DNA of 63,906 bases, counting the filler, from Acidimicrobiia bacterium (GTDB lineage: Bacteria > Actinomycetota > Acidimicrobiia > Spongiisociales > JAENVV01): NCBI GenBank assembly GCA_041577335.1. It is 3 parts of 3 records of this genome, joined end to end, with 100 filler letters (N's around TTAATTAATTAA, not from the genome) between each part and the next. Parts side by side here need not be neighbours in the genome. Positions count along the whole stretch, not along the records: positions 1 to 30,609 come from JBFGJH010000039.1; 2 more parts are not named here. One strand, written 5' to 3'. Numbering within the stretch: position 1 is the stretch's first letter; each line of letters opens with the position of its first letter. Shown piece by piece: positions 9,360-19,322 of this stretch. The notes beneath the pieces are model-generated. The model saw only the letters and a list, made by a program, of their open reading frames with translations, ran no database searches and was not told the DNA's origin. Both the position numbers and the translations under genes were made by a program.

Positions 9360-11072
9360 CTACTGCGTCCCAAACTTCTCATATTTCTCGAGCACGCGTA
9401 CCGGAAGGTTCAAAGCGTCTCGACGGAACGGCTCTCCGAGCTCCTGGCTGACCATGATCTCGAGAACCGTCGGTCGTTCGGATGCGACCGCCTCCCTGAG
9501 AGCGTCTCCAACCTCGTCGGGCTTGGCTACCTTGATGCCGTGGCCGCCCATGGCCTCGGATATCTTGGCGAACGAGGGGTTCTCGAGATTGGTGCCGACA
9601 TAGCGGTCGTCGTAGAAGTCGACCTGGTTCTTCTTCTCCGCGCCCCATTGGCCGTTGTTGAAAACCACTGCGACGACCGGGATGTTCTCCCGAACACAGG
9701 TCATGATCTCAGCCATTGACATGCCCCACGCACCGTCGCCGACATAGGCGATGGCGGGTCGCTCGGGAGCGGCGATCTTGGCGCCCATCGCGGTTGGAAA
9801 GGCGTAGCCACAGTTGCCCCACATCATTGCCGCGAACATGCTGTTGGGCCGATCGAAGTTCAGGTAGCTGTTCGCCACCGAGCAGATGTTGCCGATGTCA
9901 GTGGTGACCATGGCGCCGTCAGGCATGGCCATTTCGAGTTCGCGGAGCGCCCGACGGGGCGCCATGGGCAGCTCATCCGACGACGACCATTCGGCGAGCT
10001 CGGTGGTCCACGCATCTTTCTGTTTGGCCACTTCGGATAGCCGTGCGTCGGCGTTGGACCGGCTGCGCACTTCCATTCCCTGGAGTCGGTGAAGGATCTC
10101 ATGGGCCGCCGCGGCAGCATCGCCATGAACGGCAACCTCCACCTCCTGGACGAGTCCAAGCATTCGATGGTCGATGTCCACCTGGATGACCCGTGCCTCG
10201 TCCGGCCAGTATTCGATGCCGTGCTGGGGAAGCGTTCCAAAGGGTCCGAGCCGCGATCCGAGCGCCAGGATGACGTCTGCCTGGGCGATCACTCGCATGG
10301 CAGCCTTCGACCCTTGGTATCCCAATGGCCCGCAAGCCAGCTCATGGCTCGCCGGGAATGCGTCGTTGTGCAGATAGCTGGTGACGACCGGTGCCTTCAT
10401 GTGCTCGGCAAGAGCCAAGAGCGGTTGGGCGCCATCCGACATGATCACGCCGCCGCCGGCGAGAATCACCGGGAATCCTGCGCCGGCCAGCGCCGCTGCT
10501 GCGGCGTCGAGGCTGGCAGCGCCCCCGGCTGCTCGCTCGATGACGAGCGGCTTCTGGATGTCGTAGTCCGCTTCGCCATAGAAGATGTCTCGGGGAATGT
10601 TGACCTGGACCGGCCCGCGCTCGGCCACGGAAAGGGTGAACGCGCGGTGCATGTGTTCCGCCATTCGTTCGTGCCGGTTCACCTGAACTTGATACTTGGT
10701 GATCTTTTCGAAGATCGGCATCTGGTCCGTTTCTTGAAAACCGCCCTTGCCGAGTCCCATCGAACCGGTCTGGGGCGTGATGCACACAACCGGCGAGTGG
10801 GCCCAGTACGCAGCGGCGATGGCCGTCACGAAGTTGGTGATGCCAGGCCCGTTCTGGGCGATACACACACCGTGGCGATTCGACACGCGCGAGTAGCCGT
10901 CGGCCATGTGTGCTGCCGCTTGCTCGTGCGCGACCGACCAGAAACGGATACCGGCGGGCTCGAAGATGTCGAGCGCATCCATGTACGCGGAGCCGACAAT
11001 GCCAAACACATCTGTCACGCCGTGGGCCGCCATCGTCTCGACGAACGCCTCGCTCGATGTCATTCGGGTCAT
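9360..11072 (-). CDS. xsc: Sulfoacetaldehyde acetyltransferase (ThDP-dependent)
   Basis: FGIVGSAYMDALD, HEQAAAHMADGYSR, GDGAWGMS...NNGQWGAEKKNQVDFY and ELGEPFRRDAL, characteristic of Xsc. Confidence 0.92.
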   Translation of the reverse strand: MTRMTSSEAFVETMAAHGVTDVFGIVGSAYMDALDIFEPAGIRFWSVAHEQAAAHMADGYSRVSNRHGVCIAQNGPGITNFVTAIAAAYWAHSPVVCITPQTGSMGLGKGGFQETDQMPIFEKITKYQVQVNRHERMAEHMHRAFTLSVAERGPVQVNIPRDIFYGEADYDIQKPLVIERAAGGAASLDAAAAALAGAGFPVILAGGGVIMSDGAQPLLALAEHMKAPVVTSYLHNDAFPASHELACGPLGYQGSKAAMRVIAQADVILALGSRLGPFGTLPQHGIEYWPDEARVIQVDIDHRMLGLVQEVEVAVHGDAAAAAHEILHRLQGMEVRSRSNADARLSEVAKQKDAWTTELAEWSSSDELPMAPRRALRELEMAMPDGAMVTTDIGNICSVANSYLNFDRPNSMFAAMMWGNCGYAFPTAMGAKIAAPERPAIAYVGDGAWGMSMAEIMTCVRENIPVVAVVFNNGQWGAEKKNQVDFYDDRYVGTNLENPSFAKISEAMGGHGIKVAKPDEVGDALREAVASERPTVLEIMVSQELGEPFRRDALNLPVRVLEKYEKFGTQ

Positions 11073-11131
11073 CGGGTTCTCTCCTTTGGTTGCATCGCAG
11101 GCGGGCCCCGCTCGGGGTGACGGAAACCCTG

Positions 11132-12214
11132 TCAGGCCAGGGCAGCGGCGACCGTGGGATGGACGATTTTGCCATTCCCGATGTTCACGCCCGCAGCCAG
11201 CTCGTGTCGCCGTTTGGTGGCCTCCTCGACGCCGTGGTTAGCCAGAAGCCGAACGTATGGCATCGTGGCGTTGGTGAGGGCAAATGTGGAGGTTCGAGGC
11301 ACGGCTCCCGGGATATTGCCGACCGCATAGTGGACGACGTCGTCGACGAGGTAGGTCGGGTCGGAGTGCTTCGTTTCTCGAGAAGTTTCGAAGCAGCCGC
11401 CTTGGTCGATCGCGATGTCGACGACCACTGATCCCGGCCGCATGCCGGCGATGTCGTTGCGGCTGAGCACTCGTGGCGCACGGGCGCCGGGGAGGAGCAC
11501 CGCGCCGATGACCAGGTCTGCCTCGGCGGCCATCTCCTGAATGTCGAGCTGGTTGGCGACCTTGGTTTTCACCAGGCCGCGATATATCTGATCGAGGTGG
11601 CGGAGAGGCTTGGGGTTGAGGTCGAAGACATGAACATCGGCACCCATTCCGGCTGCGATCTGGACGGCGTTGGAGCCGGCCATGCCGGCACCGATCACCA
11701 GCACCGTGGCTGGTTCGACGCCCGGCACCCCCCCGAGAAGGATTCCCCTTCCGCGCTGATACTTCTCGAGGAAATGGGCGCCAACTTGGGTAGCCATCCG
11801 GCCGGCGACCTCACTCATCGGTGCGAGGAGTGGGAGCGAGCCATCGGGCATCTGGACGGTTTCGTATGCGATTGCCATGGTGCCGGAGTCGATCAGCGCC
11901 TCGGCCACGTTGGGGTAGGCGGCGAGGTGCAGAAACGTGAACAGCGTGAGGTCGTCTCTGAGGTACTCGAATTCGGACGGTTGCGGCTCCTTCACCTTGA
12001 CGATCATGGTGGAGCTGCCCCAGACGGAGGCGGCATCGTCGACGATCGTTGCGCCGGCCGCTGCGAAGGATTCATCTCCGAAGTGTGATCCAGAACCGGC
12101 GCCGGCCTCGATGAGCACGGTGTGGCCATCAACAACCAGGTCATGGGCGCCGGCGGGCGTCATGGCTACGCGGTTCTCGTCGGTCTTGGTCTCCTTGGGT
12201 ACGCCGACCCTCAC
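11132..12214 (-). CDS. ald: Alanine dehydrogenase
   Basis: GVPKE..ENRVAMTP, KVKEP, FLHLAA, MSEVAGR, DIAIDQGGCFET, NIPGAVPRTST. Confidence 0.95.
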   Translation of the reverse strand: MRVGVPKETKTDENRVAMTPAGAHDLVVDGHTVLIEAGAGSGSHFGDESFAAAGATIVDDAASVWGSSTMIVKVKEPQPSEFEYLRDDLTLFTFLHLAAYPNVAEALIDSGTMAIAYETVQMPDGSLPLLAPMSEVAGRMATQVGAHFLEKYQRGRGILLGGVPGVEPATVLVIGAGMAGSNAVQIAAGMGADVHVFDLNPKPLRHLDQIYRGLVKTKVANQLDIQEMAAEADLVIGAVLLPGARAPRVLSRNDIAGMRPGSVVVDIAIDQGGCFETSRETKHSDPTYLVDDVVHYAVGNIPGAVPRTSTFALTNATMPYVRLLANHGVEEATKRRHELAAGVNIGNGKIVHPTVAAALA

Positions 12215-13542
12215 GAGTTCAGCCTCGATGCCATGCCTTCGAGGACCCTGTCCACGCCGTCTACCAACTCATCGAGCTCTTGGGTGCCGGCAATCAGGGG
12301 CGGCGACAGCATGAGCTTGGGTGTGCCGCGTTTGTCGGCACGTATCAACAGGCGAGCCTCGGTGATGAGGCTTGGCAAGATCTCGCCCACGAACTCGTTC
12401 GCCTGGGCGTCAGTGAGATCGTGACCGTTGGCACGGCTGGCGCAGAGCTCGATGGCGTAGAAGTAGCCGGTACCTCGCACCTCCGACACGACATCGTGAG
12501 CTGTGGTTAGCCGATCCAAGCTGGTTCGGAAGTAGTCGGCATGCTCTTGAGCGTTGGTGAGCACCCCTTCATCGCGCATCGCCGTGATGTTGGCAATGGC
12601 CACCGCCATCACCACCGGGTGCCCGCCCCAGGTAGCTCCGTGCGTGAAGGTACCGATCTCTGACGCCATGAGATCGTCAACGAGAGGTCGCCGGATGATG
12701 ACTCCGCCGACGGGTGCGTAACCGGAGGTGGCTCCCTTCGCGAACGTGATCATGTCGGGGACGACGCCGACGAGATCGGCCCCGAACCATGGCCCAACCC
12801 TGCCGAAACTGGCGATGACTTCGTCGGCCAGGAGTAGGACGTCGTACCTGTCGCAGATTCGCCGCAACTCCGGCCAGTAGCCGTCTGGTGCAACGATCGC
12901 CCCACCGCCATTCTGGACCGGCTCGGCGATCGCCAAGCCGACGGTGTCTGGCCCTTCGGCCAGGATCGCCTGTTCGAAGACGGCGGCCGCGGCAACTCCA
13001 TCGGTGGTGCCCAACGTGTTCGGAACGTGAATGAAGCCCGGAAGGAGCGGCTTGAACGGTTCGCGTATGTCGTCGAGACCGGTGGCTGACAGGGCTCCCA
13101 TCGTGGTGCCGTGATAGGCGAGATGGCGGCTGATGACCTTGGTCTTGGTGGGCATTCCCTGGCTGGCGTGGTACTGACGGGCGAACTTGATGGCCGACTC
13201 GACGGCCTCGGACCCCGAGCTAACGAAAAACACTGCGTCGAGGTCGCCAGGGGCAAGCCCTGCGATGAGCTTGGCTGCTTCGACGGCCGATGGGTGGGTG
13301 GCCGACCATGACGGTGTGTAGGCAAGCTGCTCCATCTGCTTGGCAGCCGCCTGGGCAATGTCCGTGCGGCCGTGGCCGATCTGGACGACGAACAAGCCGG
13401 CCAGGCCGTCGAGATAGCGGCGGCCCTCGTCGTCCCACAGGTAGCAGCCTTCGCCTCGGACAAACATGGGCACCGATCCTGATGACCATGCGCTTCCCTT
13501 TGTGAAGTGCAGGATCAGATGCCGGAGGTCTTTTGTCGCCAC
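12211..13542 (-). CDS. tpa: Class III aminotransferase, probable taurine:pyruvate aminotransferase
   Basis: SGSEAVE, YHGTT, EPVQNGGG, DEVI, TFAKG (PLP Lys), HGATWGGHP; substrate inferred from adjacent ald and xsc. Confidence 0.7.
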   Translation of the reverse strand: MATKDLRHLILHFTKGSAWSSGSVPMFVRGEGCYLWDDEGRRYLDGLAGLFVVQIGHGRTDIAQAAAKQMEQLAYTPSWSATHPSAVEAAKLIAGLAPGDLDAVFFVSSGSEAVESAIKFARQYHASQGMPTKTKVISRHLAYHGTTMGALSATGLDDIREPFKPLLPGFIHVPNTLGTTDGVAAAAVFEQAILAEGPDTVGLAIAEPVQNGGGAIVAPDGYWPELRRICDRYDVLLLADEVIASFGRVGPWFGADLVGVVPDMITFAKGATSGYAPVGGVIIRRPLVDDLMASEIGTFTHGATWGGHPVVMAVAIANITAMRDEGVLTNAQEHADYFRTSLDRLTTAHDVVSEVRGTGYFYAIELCASRANGHDLTDAQANEFVGEILPSLITEARLLIRADKRGTPKLMLSPPLIAGTQELDELVDGVDRVLEGMASRLNS

Positions 13543-13647
13543 ACGTCTCCTCGGATGACTAGGCCGAAAACTAACCGAAATGAGGAGTCGCGTGCAGCGT
13601 CACACGCCTCGCTGGCGCCGTTGTCCCAAGCGCGTCCGACCCCGGAG

Positions 13648-16122
13648 TCAGGGTGTCGAAATGGTGCCGTTGGTGTCCTGGCCTGCGCCTTGCCACGACG
13701 ACCACGTATAGGACGTGAAATCCCACCTGAAGAAGTTCTCCGATATATCGGTGTACACGTAGTCGTTCCCGTCCCAGTCGCCGGTGGAGAACACCGCCGG
13801 GTCGCCCTTGGAGTAGGCGCCGACGAGTCCGGATTCGACAACAGTGTTGTCGTGGACCGTGATGTCGACGGGTAGGTATGACCCTTGCGGGCCAGTTGGC
13901 ACGCTCCCGGTGTGGTCGATGATCGTGATGCCCGAAAAGTTGTTTTCGACGGTGTTGCCGGTGATCGTCGCTCCAGGCCCCCGAACCAGGATGCCAGCGC
14001 CGATCATCCACGAAACCGATGGGTCGTGGCCGTTGCCGCGAGTCGTGTTGCCGGAGATGGTGGACCCGTAGGCGTGGTCGTGCCGAATGCCGTCCATCGC
14101 ACTGCTCTCGACGGTGGAGTTCGTGACTGAGGTATCTGCGGCGCCGTCGTTGAACCAAATCCCGAAGCCGTAGACGTCTCTCACGGTGGCGTTGTCGACC
14201 GATGCGCCGGATGTCGCGTTCATCACGATGCCTGCCCCATAGAGAGTGGCCTGCCTTTGATTGGCCCGCTCCACGGTCACGTCGGAGACCGAGAAACCTG
14301 ACCCGCCGTCGGCCCTGATGCCGGAGAGCTCCAGGTCGGTGAAGGTGCTGTCGGAGACGGAGACATTGTCCCCAGTTGCGTCGACACCGGTTTCGACATC
14401 GCGAACGAACACATCGGAGATCGACCAGTTGTTGCCATCGACGTCGAAGGCCACGTCGTAGTTGCGAATCTCTACGTTCGAGATCGACACACCGCTCACC
14501 CCACCGGCAAATGCGTCGGTGCCTTGGTCCTGGCCATCGAGGATGGTGCCCGCCGCACCAACGAAATCCTGGCCGGATCTCGGCACGACGGTCTGGCGTA
14601 GATGAAGGCCTGGTTCCAGGTATATCCGCGCCCCGTTGGGCTGGCTGTTGGCGACGGCCTGAATCGACCAGCCGGCAGGCACTGCGGCGTCGAAGCCGGA
14701 CGGAATGGCAGGAACCTCAGACCCGTCGTCGACTGGCGGCGGAGCCGGGGGGAGATCCAAGGCACGGGTGAGAAAGGTGGCCATCTGGGCGCGCGTGACG
14801 TTATCGGAGGCGCAGTAATGGTCCTTTGCGGGCGGGTTGCAACCACTGGTGATGGCCGATTCGGCCATCTTGTTGATGTCGTTTTCGAAGGTGGTTCCGT
14901 CGTCGTCGGTGAAGTAGTCGACGTCGGTGGCGGGAAGCTCGAGGGCCCGGGCAAGAAACGCTGCCATCTGGCCTCGGGTCACAGTGTCCCACGGGCAATA
15001 CTCATCGCGGGTGGGGGGATTGCAGCCTCCCGTGATGGCGGCGGCGGCCATCTTGTTGATGTCGTTCTCGAACGAGATGCCGTCGTCGTCTGTGAAGAAG
15101 TCCGTTCCGGTCGCGTCCAGCCCCAGGCCCCGATTGAGGAAGGCGGCCATCTGGCCCCGCGTCACGGGATCTTCGGGACAGAACCTGTTGTTGGTCGGCG
15201 GGTTGCATCCGGCGGTGATCCCGGCGGCGGCCAGCCGATCGATGCTGTCTGCGTGGACCGATCCCGAGGTGTCGACGAACCCGTCACCGGCATCCCCACA
15301 ACCTACGCGTTCTGAGCCGAGCACCAGCGAGTCGAAATCCATCGACAGCGACCCAGGGGCGGGCGCTGAACCGCCAAAGAACACGTCGAACCAGAAGCTC
15401 TTGATCTTGACGGAGGTCTGCGACGAGGTGCGGAACTTGAAGTCCGACTCGTGGAACGCCAACGCCTCGTCGACCCAGCCTTCGAGAACTCCGTCCGACT
15501 GACCGGGAGTGTTGAGCTTCACGCGTCCTTCGACACAATGCCAGGCACCGTGATCGATGGCTCCGACCTGCTCGTCCCATAGAAAGAACTCCCCCTCGTC
15601 GGCGGGCTGATCGAGGTGATAGACGTAGAAGCCGATCTGGGTGTGGGTGGAGTTGCGGTCGTCGAGGGGCGTCGCGAACGTCATCCGTGCCGACCATCCC
15701 GGGTTGGAGCTGGTGGGCGGGATCAGGTTGCGTCCCGACGTGGAGTAGAGGCCGGCCGGGCCGGGCAACTTTCCGGTGCCGTGGTTGTCGAATCCGTCAG
15801 GGAAGCGCAGGAAATACCGGTAGTAGAGCTCGTCCGGCTCGGATTGGCCATTCTCGGCGAAACGCCAATGGGCAGCCGAGCCAAAGTGCGACCCGGCCGG
15901 AATCGATACCTTGATGGCGTCTCCTTGGACGCCGTCACCGATCGAAGTGATGCGATTGCGACTTCCGATGGCGGCGTCGTACCAGGTACTGGTCCATTCT
16001 GATGGATCGCTTTCGAAGGGCTCATCGAGGTACGTCCCACCGGCGGCCATCGACGTGGGTGCCAGCACGGTGAGGAGCAGCAGAACCAAGCTCATCATCC
16101 AGACAATGCGGCTCCGCGCCAT
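13648..16122 (-). CDS. Secreted multidomain protein: polysaccharide-lyase-like domain + 3 SLH repeats + right-handed beta-helix
   Basis: Signal peptide; YYRYFLRF..GKLPG and WHCVEGRVKLNTPGQSDG; three ITxGC..CP..VTRxQMAxFL repeats; Asn/Gly/Ile-rich beta-helix repeats. Confidence 0.75.
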   Translation of the reverse strand: MARSRIVWMMSLVLLLLTVLAPTSMAAGGTYLDEPFESDPSEWTSTWYDAAIGSRNRITSIGDGVQGDAIKVSIPAGSHFGSAAHWRFAENGQSEPDELYYRYFLRFPDGFDNHGTGKLPGPAGLYSTSGRNLIPPTSSNPGWSARMTFATPLDDRNSTHTQIGFYVYHLDQPADEGEFFLWDEQVGAIDHGAWHCVEGRVKLNTPGQSDGVLEGWVDEALAFHESDFKFRTSSQTSVKIKSFWFDVFFGGSAPAPGSLSMDFDSLVLGSERVGCGDAGDGFVDTSGSVHADSIDRLAAAGITAGCNPPTNNRFCPEDPVTRGQMAAFLNRGLGLDATGTDFFTDDDGISFENDINKMAAAAITGGCNPPTRDEYCPWDTVTRGQMAAFLARALELPATDVDYFTDDDGTTFENDINKMAESAITSGCNPPAKDHYCASDNVTRAQMATFLTRALDLPPAPPPVDDGSEVPAIPSGFDAAVPAGWSIQAVANSQPNGARIYLEPGLHLRQTVVPRSGQDFVGAAGTILDGQDQGTDAFAGGVSGVSISNVEIRNYDVAFDVDGNNWSISDVFVRDVETGVDATGDNVSVSDSTFTDLELSGIRADGGSGFSVSDVTVERANQRQATLYGAGIVMNATSGASVDNATVRDVYGFGIWFNDGAADTSVTNSTVESSAMDGIRHDHAYGSTISGNTTRGNGHDPSVSWMIGAGILVRGPGATITGNTVENNFSGITIIDHTGSVPTGPQGSYLPVDITVHDNTVVESGLVGAYSKGDPAVFSTGDWDGNDYVYTDISENFFRWDFTSYTWSSWQGAGQDTNGTISTP

Positions 16123-16243
16123 GTGAAATCGGTCCTCCGTCGGGTGGATCAATGATCGGCAACGGATTGCGGAACCTTGAGGCCGGGAACCGATTCCGTC
16201 CCAGCGTCCGTCGTAGGCAGGACTCCAGAGAAGGAACTAGACG

Positions 16244-17284
16244 ATGACGAAACGACTCACGCTGCTGGCAGGAACCATGCTGATGGTGCTACTTGCCGGC
16301 CCCGTAGCCCAAGCCTGCGGCTTTCTCGTCGCAGAGAACGGCGCCGTTCGGCTCGGCAAGACGACGACATTCGTCGCCTGGGAAGACGGCGTCGAGCGGT
16401 ACATCACCAACTTCACGTTCGAAGGAGATGTCGATTCGTTCGGATCGATCATCCCTCTTCCCTCTGAACCGACATCGGTCACCAAGGCCGGCTCATGGAC
16501 GCTGCAGCGGCTCGGTCGCGAAGTCAACCCGCCACCCGCCGAGTTCTTCGCCCTGGGGGCTTCGGAGGATGCCAGTGAGGTCGAGGTGTTGCTCGAAACC
16601 AAGATCGACTCGCTCGACATCGTGGTGCTGAAAGGTGGCGGCGCCGATGTGCTCGACTGGGTCAACCAGAATGGCTTCGATCTGCCGCCCGGCCCGAACA
16701 CTGCTCACCTGCTCGACTACTACTCGAGTCGGTCGCCCTACTTCATGGCTGCGCGGTTCGACTTCGCGGCGGCAGCCGCAGACGACTTCGTGTCAGGCGA
16801 CGGCATTCCTGTTCAGATCGAGATGCCAACTGAACGACCGTGGGTGCCGCTGCATATTCTGCACGGCGCCAGCCCGGACAGCGCCATCATCAACGCCGAC
16901 ATCTACGTATTGACACCCGAGCGGCCGACCTTCCTTCACGGAACGGGACTCACACTGGAGCACTCCGATGTTGCGACGACCGCCCTTCTCGATGATCTGC
17001 GATCCGACGAGAACATGGAATGGGTTCCCGACAGCGGCTGGCTGTCGTATCTGGTTCTGGCCACCGACGCCGAGGACCTCTTCTACGACCTGTCAATCGG
17101 AGTGGGCGACGTAAGGCCGTCGCTCGTCGACGCCGGCTTCGCTCGTTTCGATCCCACCGACGACCAGCTCAAGGCGTTCGGCCTGGAACGCGCCAGGTGG
17201 GAGCCCACCGAAGTTTGGCTGGCCGCATCGCTCGTGGTGCTCATCGTGGGTGGCGGAGCCGGCTTGCTGCGGCGTCGTTTGTAG
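16244..17284 (+). CDS. DUF2330-like exported protein with C-terminal membrane anchor
   Basis: Signal peptide followed by ACG, FGSIIPLP, WVNQNGF, C-terminal TM followed by RRR. Confidence 0.65.
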   Translation: MTKRLTLLAGTMLMVLLAGPVAQACGFLVAENGAVRLGKTTTFVAWEDGVERYITNFTFEGDVDSFGSIIPLPSEPTSVTKAGSWTLQRLGREVNPPPAEFFALGASEDASEVEVLLETKIDSLDIVVLKGGGADVLDWVNQNGFDLPPGPNTAHLLDYYSSRSPYFMAARFDFAAAAADDFVSGDGIPVQIEMPTERPWVPLHILHGASPDSAIINADIYVLTPERPTFLHGTGLTLEHSDVATTALLDDLRSDENMEWVPDSGWLSYLVLATDAEDLFYDLSIGVGDVRPSLVDAGFARFDPTDDQLKAFGLERARWEPTEVWLAASLVVLIVGGGAGLLRRRL

Positions 17285-17291
17285 AGTGTCT

Positions 17292-17325
17292 CCGGGGCCG
17301 GCCAAGGGGGTTTGGCCGGCCCTGG
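17292..17325 (+). terminator. Hairpin downstream of the DUF2330-like gene
   Basis: CCGGGGCCGGCCAA...TTGGCCGGCCCTGG inverted repeat. Confidence 0.55.
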
Positions 17326-17413
17326 TTCAAATTTCGCGACCTCACTCACCGTGAGAGAAATAGGAGTAGGTTTCAGTTGGTTTGAAGATTGAGGCGCGGG
17401 AGAGGAAGAGATT

Positions 17414-19213
17414 GTGAAAACCCGTACGATACGGTCCGCCCGATGGTGGGCTGTTTTTCTTGTAAGTGCGCTCATTGCGGCGCTCATCGCAGTGCCGGTG
17501 TCGGCTGACAGCCACGACCCGTTCACGCTGACGATTCTGCATAACAACGACGGTGAGTCGGCTTTGCTTCCGAGCGGAGACGAGGCCGGCGTTGCCCGTT
17601 TTGCCACAGCATTGAAGAGGGCCAAACGGACGGCGCTTCGCCAGGGTGACGGATTCATCATGGTGTCGTCGGGCGACAACTTCCTGGCGAGCCCTGAGTT
17701 CACGGCGAGCCTTGCTGACGGTGTGTTCTATGACGCGTTGGCACTCGATATGTTGCGCTACGACGCCATCGATCTCGGCAACCACGATTTTGACTTCGGT
17801 CCTGACGTGCTTGCCGCCTTCATCGGTGACTTCCGCCGACCGGGCCAGCCTCCGTATCTCTCCTCCAACCTGGATTTCCGGCGCGAGCCGGCACTCCAGG
17901 CGTACGTGGACGCAGGTGCGATCGCCAAGAGCACGGTGATAAGCGAGGCCGATGAGTTGATCGGCATCATCGGTGCGACCACCGAGAACTTGCCATTCAT
18001 CTCGTCACCACGCGAGGTCGTGGTCAACGCAGTTCTCCCCGCGGTACGCGCGGAGGTGGCCAAGCTCGAGGCGATGGGAATTGACAAGATCGTCTTCATC
18101 TCCCATCTCCAAGACATCGACGGCGATGTCATGCTGGCAGAAGGCCTGAGTGGCGTTGATGTGATGATTGCCGGCGGCGGCGACGAACTGCTGGCGAACC
18201 CCGACGACCTACTCCTTCCGTCCGACGAACCGGACGACGTCTTCGGTCCGTATCCAATCGTGGCGACTGACTCCGACGGCGTAGCAGTTCCGGTGGTCAC
18301 CACTTCGGGCCAATACGGCTACCTGGGCAGGCTCGTCGTGGACTTCGATGCCGACGGCAACGTCACAGGCTGGGACGGAGGACCTATTCGGATCGTTTCG
18401 CCGGCGGTGGGCCGGGACGGCGTGCCCGCGGACAGCAGGATGCAGCGAGTCGTTGTTGATCCGGTCGCACTATTTGTGGCCGATCTCGCTACCAACGTCA
18501 TTGCCACCTCTGAGGTCGACTTGGACGGCCAGCGGGACAGCGTCCGATTCATGGAAACCAACGAAGGCAACCTCATTGCCGACTCGCAGCTGTGGCAGGC
18601 CAACCAGCTCGCCGCGGCCTTCGGCGTCGGAGAGGCCGACGTGGCGCTGCAGAATGGTGGCGGTATTCGAAATGACTCCGTCATCCCGGCGGGTGACATC
18701 ACGGAGCTGAACACCTTTGAGATGGTGCCGTTCGGCAACTTCGTCACCATCATGGAAGGCGTCGATCGGCAAGTCTTCAAGGATCTGCTCGAGAACGCGG
18801 TGTCCCGAATCGATCCAGCGGCCACGACCGGTGGCACAGGGCGGTTTGCCCAGGTGGCGGGATTCTCCTTCGTGTTCGACACCACAGGAACCGCGGCGCT
18901 GATCGAAGATGGAGTCCTCACGATTCCTGGCACTCGCGTGACCGATGTGGTGCTCGATGACGGAACAGTGATTGTCGCGGGCGGTGCGGTCGTCGCAGGT
19001 GATGACATCAACGTTGCGGTCGTGGACTTCACGGCCCGCGGCGGTGATGAGTATCAGTGGGGAGACGGCGAATTCACTGCTCTCGGCGTCAGTTACCAGC
19101 AGGCCTTGTTCAACTACCTCACTGCCGACGGTGCTGATGGTGGATTGGGCGGGGTCATCACGGCAGCCGACTATCCAGAAGGCGGAGAAGGCAGGATCAC
19201 GCAACTGCCCTAA
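17414..19213 (+). CDS. Secreted bifunctional metallophosphatase/5'-nucleotidase
   Basis: Signal peptide, HNND, GDNF, GNHDFD, NGGGIR, PFGN, GGDEY. Confidence 0.9.
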   Translation: MKTRTIRSARWWAVFLVSALIAALIAVPVSADSHDPFTLTILHNNDGESALLPSGDEAGVARFATALKRAKRTALRQGDGFIMVSSGDNFLASPEFTASLADGVFYDALALDMLRYDAIDLGNHDFDFGPDVLAAFIGDFRRPGQPPYLSSNLDFRREPALQAYVDAGAIAKSTVISEADELIGIIGATTENLPFISSPREVVVNAVLPAVRAEVAKLEAMGIDKIVFISHLQDIDGDVMLAEGLSGVDVMIAGGGDELLANPDDLLLPSDEPDDVFGPYPIVATDSDGVAVPVVTTSGQYGYLGRLVVDFDADGNVTGWDGGPIRIVSPAVGRDGVPADSRMQRVVVDPVALFVADLATNVIATSEVDLDGQRDSVRFMETNEGNLIADSQLWQANQLAAAFGVGEADVALQNGGGIRNDSVIPAGDITELNTFEMVPFGNFVTIMEGVDRQVFKDLLENAVSRIDPAATTGGTGRFAQVAGFSFVFDTTGTAALIEDGVLTIPGTRVTDVVLDDGTVIVAGGAVVAGDDINVAVVDFTARGGDEYQWGDGEFTALGVSYQQALFNYLTADGADGGLGGVITAADYPEGGEGRITQLP

Positions 19214-19233
19214 CGGCGTACCTCGCGTATGAA

Positions 19234-19270
19234 GGACCAGGGGGGAGATATCCCCCCTGGTCCCTTTATT
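19234..19270 (+). terminator. Intrinsic terminator
   Basis: Perfect 13-bp stem GGACCAGGGGGGA-GATA-TCCCCCCTGGTCC followed by CTTTATT. Confidence 0.8.
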
Positions 19271-19322
19271 GGTAGGGACCAGCGGCCGACTGATCGAGCT
19301 GCGGTCCAGTACGATCCCTTCG

